DNA of 64,000 bases from Candidatus Omnitrophota bacterium (GTDB lineage Bacteria; Omnitrophota; Gorgyraeia; Aquiviventales; Aquiviventaceae). The translations under genes and the position numbers were made by a program. Where the stretch lies: contig JAHFGV010000005.1 of NCBI GenBank assembly GCA_023247255.1, positions 6,067 through 70,066 of the forward strand, read 5' to 3'. The notes beneath the pieces were generated by a model that made no database searches, had not been told where the DNA came from, and saw nothing but the letters and a program-made list of their open reading frames with translations. Below are positions 20,941-28,130 of this stretch, piece by piece; the stretch's first letter is position 1, and every line of letters begins with the position of its first letter.

Positions 20941-21106
20941 GGAGGCGCAGCTCAATGGGTTAGGCGTAGCCCCCGCAGCTTTGATCTGTCCCTAGAAATC
21001 GCGAAGCGATTTCAGGGATCAAATCCGAAATGCTTTGCATTCCATGGGACGAAGCAAATCAGTGGGAGGTGGCGGCCTATCGAGCCGTAGGTTGCGGGTT
21101 AGAGCC
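20941..21106 (+). pseudogene. disrupted tRNA-Asp-like pseudogene (5' and 3' fragments separated by about 100 bp)
   Basis: ttttcaggaggcgcagctcaatgggttag (20935-20964) matches the 5' end and upstream context of the intact tRNA-Asp at 23769. ggtggcggcctatcgagccgtaggttgcgggttagagcc (21068-21106) matches its anticodon and T arms. The acceptor 3' end is missing. Confidence 0.45.
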
Positions 21107-21134
21107 AAGCAGACGGTGGTAAGTATTAGATCTG

Positions 21135-22136
21135 TTGCACAATTGCCCAATTTGTAGCATCCTATCCTTAACGCAGAGGAGGAACAAAGGCATGCTACGA
21201 TTTGCCAAACTCGTGCACCACCCGAGGAAACTCTACAGAATGACGGGACTTACGCTTGACCAGTTCCAGACGCTGACGAATCGGCTCACCCCGCTGTGGG
21301 AGCAAGCGGAACGGATGTGCCTCTCGCAGCGCAAGCGAAAGCCACGCCATCGGGAAAGAGTACCAAGTACAAGCTCTCCACGATGGCGGACAAACTCCTG
21401 TGCGTGCTCAGCTTCTACCGCTTCTACCTCTACCTTTGAGCTGCTCGGCTATCTCGTCGGCCTGGATGCCAGCAATATCTGTCGGCTAAAGCCTCGGCTC
21501 GAACCGCTCATTGAGCAGGCAGCCGATCCAAGCCTGGGGCTGTCGCTCCGCCGTCGGCTCCCGCCCGGCGTCAAGAGAATCGGCACCTGGGAGGAACTCG
21601 TGGAGCGCTGTCCGGACTTCGCAGACGTGGTCACTGATGCGACCAAGCAGGCACGACTCCGTCCACCGCGACGCACCCAGCGGCGCTGGTACTCCGGCAA
21701 ACGTAAGCGCCACACACTCAAGACGCAGTTGAGCATCACTCGGCAGAGTGGCCGGATCCTCCATATCAGTTCAACCGTCCCGGGCCGTGTCCATGACTAC
21801 GCGCTCTTGAAGCGGACGCGACTGGACGAACGGCTGCCGCCGAAGACGCGCCTCACCCTGGATCGGGGGTATGATGGTGCCATGACGGACTATCCGACTC
21901 CCGCTATCGCGCTGCCCGTCAAGCGTCGAGGCAACCACCAGGTCCTGACGCGCTCGGAGCGGGCATTCAACCGCCTCCAGGCGCGGCAGCGGATCATCGT
22001 GGAGCATGTCCCAAGTTGCGTGAAGAAGTACCAGCTCCTCGCGCAGGTCTACCGCCACCGGATCGCGGACTACAACCACCGCTTTCGCAACATTGCGGCC
22101 TTGACGAACTTCCGCCTAACGCCGACGGTGACGTAA
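21135..22136 (+). mobile_element. IS5-family (HTH_Tnp_4 + DDE_Tnp_4 type) transposase gene, apparently frameshifted
   Basis: The N-terminal HTH and the C-terminal DDE region (LDRGYDG...) are in one frame. The expected GRPRKLSxEDQLL..L.YLR segment (GKSTKYKLSTMADKLLCVLSFYRFY) lies in the -1 frame between about 21340 and 21438. Candidate imperfect terminal inverted repeats: gcacaattgccc (21150) and gggcaactgcgc (22170). Confidence 0.6.
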
Positions 22137-22278
22137 CCGAACCCGGACGCGCGGAGCCTTCATCGTGTCAAGGGCAACTGCGCAATAGGTCTATTGAATT
22201 AGCTCATGTTGAAATGTAGTGGAACTTGTAGTGGCTGAGCTAACGTGAAAGTACAGTTTCGTAGATGAGGAGCTAACC

Positions 22279-22812
22279 GTGAAGAAGCTATCGCTGGCAA
22301 TTAGGCTCATAGCGGTCTTGCTAATTCTTAATGGAGCGGGAAGGGTAGCTGTTGTTGCTTTTGGCCTGGTAGTCTTTTCAAGAGCGATGGAACCAATCGA
22401 GCTATCGCCAGAGTGGGAAAAGGTCTTGAGCAGAACAGTCCAACGGGGCGCGATTTCACCCGAAGAAGCTGTGCAAAGGAGAGAGCAGGCTAAAAAGGTA
22501 CGTGAGCAGCAAGGGGCGTTCCCTGAGTTTAGGTCTTGGGGTGCAGTACAGGTGCTTGCGCTCATAACCAGTTTACTTGGCATGGGGAAGCTGATTGCTG
22601 GTATCGGTATCTTAATGCTGAGGGATTGGGCGCGGACGTTAGCCGTGTGGCAGTCTGGATTGTGGATTGCGTTTAGTTTTTCGTTCCAGTTATTGCTCAG
22701 GGTTTCTCAAAAGTTCCATAATGTTATCCTAGGCCATCAACAAGTAGGCCATACGGTTGGTCAATGGGTCATGTTCTTCTGCTGGGTTATCTTGAATGGC
22801 TACCTCATCTAG
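22279..22812 (+). CDS. hypothetical membrane protein
   Basis: 177 aa with several predicted TM helices. No recognisable family. Confidence 0.4.
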   Translation: MKKLSLAIRLIAVLLILNGAGRVAVVAFGLVVFSRAMEPIELSPEWEKVLSRTVQRGAISPEEAVQRREQAKKVREQQGAFPEFRSWGAVQVLALITSLLGMGKLIAGIGILMLRDWARTLAVWQSGLWIAFSFSFQLLLRVSQKFHNVILGHQQVGHTVGQWVMFFCWVILNGYLI

Positions 22813-22888
22813 CTTTTCCTTCAACCTTCGGTGAAAGCACAGTTTCAAAAGCAAACGTAGCTCGTTTCGTCAGCTTTCACACTTAAAA

Positions 22889-23078
22889 TCACATCCTGCT
22901 CGACACTCCTCCTGACACCGCCACAGGAAATCGGTTAACATCCTTGTCGTACTCAGGTGAGAGATGCGCGTAATGCTCCATCGTAATTCTGGGGTTTGAG
23001 TGTCCCATCCATTTCTGGATTTTGAAAATGCTGACTTCTGCCTGAGCGACTTGGTGGTGAAGCGAAAGAGCTTGACGA
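22889..23078 (-). pseudogene. 3'-terminal remnant of a tyrosine recombinase/phage integrase gene
   Basis: The minus-strand frame encodes SLHHQVAQAEVSIFKIQKWMGHSNPRITMEHYAHLSPEYDKDVNRF. This matches the integrase C-terminus (HxxR ... LGHS ... T..YAH with the catalytic Tyr). No upstream catalytic domain is present. Confidence 0.5.
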
Positions 23079-23123
23079 ATACAATAGAATATAATACATT
23101 ATAGATATATTCAGGAGGCTCCC

Positions 23124-23366
23124 ATGGCAAAAGTGGTCACGGTACGGCTTTCGGAGGAGGACTATCGAAAGATTGCAGCCGTCGCAAAACGTGAGCGGCG
23201 CCCGCTTTCGAACTTTATGACGCTGATGGTGATCAAGGGCATCGAGGAGGGCGATTACGTCGATGCCGTGGAGATGGATCAGATCCTCGCGGACAAGTCT
23301 CTGAGGGCTAAGTTACGGGCAGGGCACTACGACGCCAAGCGACGCAAAGGCAAGCTCGTTGGCTGA
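23124..23366 (+). CDS. CopG/RHH-family antitoxin
   Basis: 80 aa. MAKVVTVRLSEEDYRKIAAVAKRERRPLSNFMTLMVIKGIEEG is a ribbon-helix-helix fold signature. Overlaps the downstream toxin gene by 8 nt. Confidence 0.65.
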   Translation: MAKVVTVRLSEEDYRKIAAVAKRERRPLSNFMTLMVIKGIEEGDYVDAVEMDQILADKSLRAKLRAGHYDAKRRKGKLVG

Positions 23367-23637
23367 TTTTCGTATCTTCGAGACCTCACAGTTTCAGAAG
23401 GACCTTCAGCAGGACTTCCGAGGGCAACAGGCGCGCATTGAACGCAAGCTCGCCACGTATGTCTATCCCCAGCTGCGAGCGAATTCCTACATCGGGAAGA
23501 ATATCAAGAAACTTCGGGATGCCGTTCCTGAGACCTGGCGGTATCGCATCGGGGATTACCGATTTTTCTACAGGGTCGATGAGCGGCAACGACTCATCTT
23601 TATGCTGACTGCCGACCATCGTGGTCACGCGTATTGA
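23359..23637 (+). CDS. RelE/ParE-family toxin
   Basis: 92 aa. IGKNIKKLRDAVPETWRYRIGDYRFFYRVDERQRLIFMLTADHRGHAY is a canonical RelE/ParE C-terminus. Confidence 0.65.
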   Translation: MADFRIFETSQFQKDLQQDFRGQQARIERKLATYVYPQLRANSYIGKNIKKLRDAVPETWRYRIGDYRFFYRVDERQRLIFMLTADHRGHAY

Positions 23638-23768
23638 ACGATAACCCTGAAGTGATCAGCTTAACAGTTGACGGCAGGAAAAATCCACGATACCATCATC
23701 CCCTCGACGAGAAGCTGGAAGATTTTCTCTCATTACACACTCCACCTTAAACATTACACAGCTTTTCA

Positions 23769-23842
23769 GGGGGCGTAGCTCAATTGGTTAGAGTGGCGGC
23801 CTGTCGAGCCGTAGGTTGCGGGTTCGAGCCCCGTCGCCCCCG
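23769..23842 (+). tRNA. tRNA-Asp (anticodon GTC)
   Basis: Acceptor GGGGGCG/CGCCCCC, D arm GCTC-AATTGGTTA-GAGT, anticodon stem GCGGC/GCCGT with loop CTGTCGA, T arm GCGGG-TTCGAGC-CCCGT. Confidence 0.85.
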
Positions 23843-23844
23843 TT

Positions 23845-24068
23845 TTTGAACTGACGGAAGCCGTTATCTCGGAAGAGGTGACGGCTTCGTCGTCTTCTGG
23901 GATGAAAAAACGTAACCGGGTTGAAGCTGTTTTTATGATGATCCACAGCCAGCTCTTGTACGAAATTCTCAGCCGGTTGATCCATCGGACCGAGAAGTCG
24001 TGGAACGTGTAACCGCAGCGTTTACAGCGGTACCGTTTACCCACGATCCTTTGGTTTTTCAAGCACAC
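23845..24068 (-). pseudogene. possible N-terminal zinc-ribbon remnant of an IS1595-like transposase
   Basis: Minus-strand ORF begins MCLKNQRIVGKRYRCKRCGYTFHDFS (Zn_Tnp_IS1595-like CxxC ... CxxC) and runs into the antisense of tRNA-Asp. Weak. Confidence 0.3.
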
Positions 24069-24224
24069 CAGCCGACCGGAGTTTGAGCACAGAAAACTGA
24101 TTGCGCAATAGGTCTATTGAAGCCCGCGAGAGGGCTGCTCCATTGCGAGTCCTTCTCGTTCTCCTTGACGGTTGTGGCGCGTAGGCGTATTCTTCATGAG
24201 ATGGGTGACGAACCAAGAGCCTTC

Positions 24225-24875
24225 ATGGGCCAATTCCTCTCTCGTATGGAGCCTTTCAGACGACTCAGCCAGGCTGAACGGCTACGGCTTGCTGCTGTCG
24301 CCCGTGAGAAACGCTATGACAAAGGCGACACCATCTTCCGCGCAGGTCAGCCAGCCGATGCCGTCTGCGTCGTCAGAGAAGGCCGCGTCCACTTGATGAA
24401 ATTTCTCGAAGGCGGGCAGGCGTCCACGACGTGCGTCATGACGCCCGGGGAAACGTTCTGTTGTCTGCCGGCGCTTGACGGAAAACCGTACCCCGTGGAT
24501 GCCGTCGCTGCAGTGGACTCCACGGTCATTTGCATTCCTACCAGCGCCTTCCATGAGCTCCTGCGCAAGAACCCCGCGTTCCTCCAAGACTCACTCTGCC
24601 TCTTCTGCGATCGGCTGCGCCAGGTCGAGGACAAGAGTTGCATGACCTACGACTCCGTCGAGCGGCGGCTGGCCAAATCACTCCTCATGCTCTCAAAGAA
24701 GTTCGGCCCGACGATTCCGCTGACCAAACAGGAGCTGGCCGAGCTGGCCAATACCACCCAGGAGACCACGATCCGAATTTTAAGCCAACTGAGCAAGCAA
24801 GGGGTGATTCGTTCCGCCCGCGGGAAAACCACGATCCTGCGCCCAGAGAAGCTCTCCGCCTTCCTCGACCCGTAA
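24225..24875 (+). CDS. Crp/Fnr-family transcriptional regulator
   Basis: cNMP-binding domain (RYDKGDTIFRAGQPADAVCVVREGRVHLMK) plus a C-terminal HTH (LTKQELAELANTTQETTIRILSQLSKQGVI). Start could be as far upstream as 24117. Confidence 0.75.
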   Translation: MGQFLSRMEPFRRLSQAERLRLAAVAREKRYDKGDTIFRAGQPADAVCVVREGRVHLMKFLEGGQASTTCVMTPGETFCCLPALDGKPYPVDAVAAVDSTVICIPTSAFHELLRKNPAFLQDSLCLFCDRLRQVEDKSCMTYDSVERRLAKSLLMLSKKFGPTIPLTKQELAELANTTQETTIRILSQLSKQGVIRSARGKTTILRPEKLSAFLDP

Positions 24876-25044
24876 GCCCTTCCTGACGGACGTCATAGAA
24901 ATCCTCTAGACCGCAAGGTATCGTTGCGGGTAGCCACGTCACAGAGGAGGTGACTCCGTCGGTTTTGCAAGACTACACTCATTGGACGACGAGGAGTTGC
25001 GGAAGCCTCCAAGGGAGATCCCACGCAACTCCATCATAATGACA

Positions 25045-25056
25045 TGACGTACGTCA
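25045..25056. promoter_or_regulatory. perfect palindrome TGACGTACGTCA (candidate operator), 50 nt upstream of the hemerythrin-like gene
   Basis: TGACG-N2-CGTCA followed by TAGAAGG. Related copies at 24884-24895, 39822-39833 and 43308-43327. Confidence 0.35.
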
Positions 25057-25107
25057 TAGAAGGATTCCCTGTTGAGCGCTACAGTTAGATATGAAAGGAG
25101 GCGCAGG

Positions 25108-25761
25108 ATGAACGCGGTCGAGCGTCTGCGGCGGGATCACACGATCCTCAGAGCCAAGCTGAGCGTCTTGGAAGGGGCGCTGACCATGGGGTCGGAGACA
25201 TGGTTCGTGCTCCGGGAAATTTGCCACGCGCTCTCTCGCCAGCTCCAGGATCACATCAAACGTGAAGAGGAGCTGGTCACGGCGTGCAAAGAAGCACTGC
25301 CCGACGACGTGCTGGCCCATCTCACCGTCGGGCATAAGGACGAGCCTGCGTTGCTGCGGACGATCAACCGGCTGTTTATCGAGGAGCAGGGGCATTCTCT
25401 TGCGAGCATCAGGCCGTCGTTGACGAGGCTCATTCTCGGCCTGCGTGGTCACATGGACGAAGAGGAGGCCGAGTTGTTCCCGGCGATTGAAGGGGTCCTG
25501 AGCGACCATGAAGCAGCGGAGGTTCAAGAGCCGCTTCCGCCTGTCAGGCTGCGCGAGGAGATGACGGTCAACCATGTACTCCATACTTACCCGCAAACCA
25601 AACCACTCCTTGAACGGCTCTTCATCAACGTTCCGTATGAGGGCTACGACTGCCTAGATGAAGTCGCCTGGAGACGGGGAATGGACTGCTGCCAATTCAT
25701 CGGGCTGCTTGAGGAGGCGATCAGCGTGGCGTACCACTGTGATGAGATCGTAGCAGCATGA
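25108..25761 (+). CDS. hemerythrin-like domain protein with C-terminal DUF1858-like domain
   Basis: N-terminal LRRDHTILRAKLSVLE ... His/Glu-rich helices. C-terminal MTVNHVLHTYPQTKPLLERLF. Encoded next to a Crp/Fnr regulator. Confidence 0.5.
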   Translation: MNAVERLRRDHTILRAKLSVLEGALTMGSETWFVLREICHALSRQLQDHIKREEELVTACKEALPDDVLAHLTVGHKDEPALLRTINRLFIEEQGHSLASIRPSLTRLILGLRGHMDEEEAELFPAIEGVLSDHEAAEVQEPLPPVRLREEMTVNHVLHTYPQTKPLLERLFINVPYEGYDCLDEVAWRRGMDCCQFIGLLEEAISVAYHCDEIVAA

Positions 25762-25848
25762 GCTCGCTTTTGACTTGACGAACCACGAGCTTGTTAATAA
25801 GATGAAACACGCGATGGGTCGACAGGGTGTTGTGAGGAGCCGTCCAGC

Positions 25849-26925
25849 GTGAACCTCCTCGTTGTGGGACTCAGTCATCGCACCGCGCCGCTCGAATTGC
25901 GCGAGCTGCTGGCGATCCCGTCACGCGAGTTGCCCGACACACTCGGCGATCTTCATACCCAGTTCGGGATCGATGAAGCGGTGATCCTGTCGACCTGCAA
26001 TCGGGTTGAGATCTACGTCATCACACCAGACCCCTCCGCAACCTCCTACGGCCTCATCGACTTCTTGAGTCATCGAAGCCACGTGGCCCCCGAGGCGTTC
26101 CAATCCCGGATGTATTGCCTAACGGGACCTGACGCGGTGAGACAGCTCTTTGGCGTCACTGCAGGGCTGGATTCGATGGTCCTTGGGGAGTCAGAAATCA
26201 CGGCCCAAGTGAAACAAGCCTATCGGGTGGCACAAACCGAAGAGACAACCGGGCTTGTGCTCCATCGCCTCTTCCAGAAAGCCTTGCACACGGCAAAGGT
26301 CATTCGATCCAAGACACGCTTAGGCTTTGGCCAAGCCTCCATCGGATCAATCGTTGTCGCGCTTGCCAGGAAACTCTTCGAAGGGCAACTTCAAAATTGC
26401 GAAGTCTTGCTTTGGGGAGCCGGAAAGGCGGCGGAATCGACTGCACGGTATCTCATCAAGAACGGGGTGGGCCAGTTGTGGATTGTCAACCGCACACCGC
26501 TCAAAGCGCGGGATCTTGCGACGCTTTGCCAAAGCGGCTGGCTCTCGTGGGAGCAGGCGTTGAAGCACCTCGCCCACGTCGATATTGCCATCGTCTGCAC
26601 CCAAGCGCCGCACTACGTCATCGATCAAGGCGACCTCGATGCGGTTGCGGCTCAGCGCGGCAGCCGCCCCCTGTGTCTCGTTGACCTGGCGGTGCCTCGC
26701 AACGTCGAGCCGTCCCTCGCGCGGCATCCCGGTGTGCGCCTCTACAACATCGATGATCTCCAAACCATTACGCAGGCTGCACAATCGCAGCGTGAACAGG
26801 AACGCGAACGCTCTGACGCGCTCATTCAGGAGCAGGTCAACCATTTCTCTCGTTGGTGGATGGCAGTTTCCCACAAGAAGGAGGATGTTCCATGCCGATC
26901 CGTCGAGGCCTTCTCGTCGGTGTGA
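25849..26925 (+). CDS. hemA: glutamyl-tRNA reductase
   Basis: MNLLVVGLSHRTAPLELRE ... ILSTCNRVEIY ... NAD(P)-binding GAGKAAESTARYL. 358 aa, somewhat short. Confidence 0.85.
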   Translation: MNLLVVGLSHRTAPLELRELLAIPSRELPDTLGDLHTQFGIDEAVILSTCNRVEIYVITPDPSATSYGLIDFLSHRSHVAPEAFQSRMYCLTGPDAVRQLFGVTAGLDSMVLGESEITAQVKQAYRVAQTEETTGLVLHRLFQKALHTAKVIRSKTRLGFGQASIGSIVVALARKLFEGQLQNCEVLLWGAGKAAESTARYLIKNGVGQLWIVNRTPLKARDLATLCQSGWLSWEQALKHLAHVDIAIVCTQAPHYVIDQGDLDAVAAQRGSRPLCLVDLAVPRNVEPSLARHPGVRLYNIDDLQTITQAAQSQREQERERSDALIQEQVNHFSRWWMAVSHKKEDVPCRSVEAFSSV

Positions 26926-28118
26926 GTCTCGTCGCGGCGCTTACGCTCGGAGAATCAGCGTGGGCAACGATCGAGAACCTCAAAAGCTACAAGGCAGCCT
27001 ATCCCGATAAAGATCCCAAGGCCTATTCGTGCAAGGCCTGCCACGAGGGCCTCATCGGGAAGAAAGACAACCTCAACGCCTATGGTCTCACCTTGCAGAA
27101 GTTCAAAGTGGATGCCGGGGCGAAGAAATTGACCGAAGAAGATTTTCGGGCGTTCGAGGCTGCGGATGCTGATGGGGATGGCGCCTCCAATCTTGATGAG
27201 CTGGACGCGGGCACTGATCTGAATGATCCCACGTCCGTGCCGGAGGGCGCTGGGCAAACGCCAGAAAAAAAAGAAGAAAGCCCAGGCACTGAGCAGCAGA
27301 CAAGCCCTCCAGGCGGCGCGTCGCAACTGAATCCAGGGACACTGAAACAGTTGCAGGCCTACCTGGAGGAGCAGATCGTCCCAGACGTTCAAGCGGCGCC
27401 AGAGGAATCGTCAGTGTCTAGGCGGCATGACGACAAAACAGCGTCCAACGCCAAATCCTCCCAACCCGAACAGGCTGAGTACGTGGGGATGGAGACCTGC
27501 GCGATGTGTCATAACAAGCAGCACCAGGAATTTCTCCACTCAACCCATGCCAGGATCGCAATCCCCGGAGAGACCAAGGCGCAAGGTTGTGAGACCTGTC
27601 ATGGGCCCGGCAGTCTGCACGTTGCTGCCGGTGGCGGTCGTGGCGTCGGTGGGATTATCAATCCGAAGAAGGATCCCGGCGCCTGTTTTGCCTGTCACCT
27701 CGACAAGAAAGCGGAATTTCGTTTGCCCCATCACCATCCCGTGATGGAAGGCAAGATGAGTTGTGCGGATTGCCACAATCCCCACGGTGAGGATGTGCGG
27801 CCGTGGTCAGCGACGACGCTGAAGGATATCAATGAGGCCTGCTTTCGGTGCCACAAGGAACAGCGCGGCCCATTCGCCTGGGAACACGAGGCGCTGCGGG
27901 AAGGTTGCACGACCTGTCACAAGGTTCATGGCTCGATTCACGAGAAGATGCTGCTCGTCCGGGACAACAACTTGTGCCTGCGCTGCCATACGCAGACGAA
28001 CTTCCCGACCATTGGCAGGTCCAGCCATGCTGGCCGGCTTCCCCAAGGGACGTGCTTTAGCGCGGGATGCCATACGGCGGTTCACGGATCGAACTTCGAC
28101 GATCACCTCCGCTACTAA
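26892..28118 (+). CDS. periplasmic multiheme (8-9 heme) cytochrome c with acidic Ca-binding-like N-terminal linker
   Basis: Signal peptide MPIRRGLLVGVSLVAALTLGESAWA. Eight CxxCH motifs plus one CxxxCH (CFSAGCH). A DADGDGASNLDELDAGTDLNDP TSP3-like acidic repeat lies after heme 1. Confidence 0.75.
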   Translation: MPIRRGLLVGVSLVAALTLGESAWATIENLKSYKAAYPDKDPKAYSCKACHEGLIGKKDNLNAYGLTLQKFKVDAGAKKLTEEDFRAFEAADADGDGASNLDELDAGTDLNDPTSVPEGAGQTPEKKEESPGTEQQTSPPGGASQLNPGTLKQLQAYLEEQIVPDVQAAPEESSVSRRHDDKTASNAKSSQPEQAEYVGMETCAMCHNKQHQEFLHSTHARIAIPGETKAQGCETCHGPGSLHVAAGGGRGVGGIINPKKDPGACFACHLDKKAEFRLPHHHPVMEGKMSCADCHNPHGEDVRPWSATTLKDINEACFRCHKEQRGPFAWEHEALREGCTTCHKVHGSIHEKMLLVRDNNLCLRCHTQTNFPTIGRSSHAGRLPQGTCFSAGCHTAVHGSNFDDHLRY

Positions 28119-28130
28119 AGGAGACGCCTC

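Noticed and set aside
21340-21440. Programmed -1 ribosomal frameshift (orfA/orfB) in the transposase
   Set aside because: The out-of-frame segment needs two shifts in opposite directions. No canonical single slippery heptamer plus downstream-frame arrangement is present. Indels or assembly errors are more likely.
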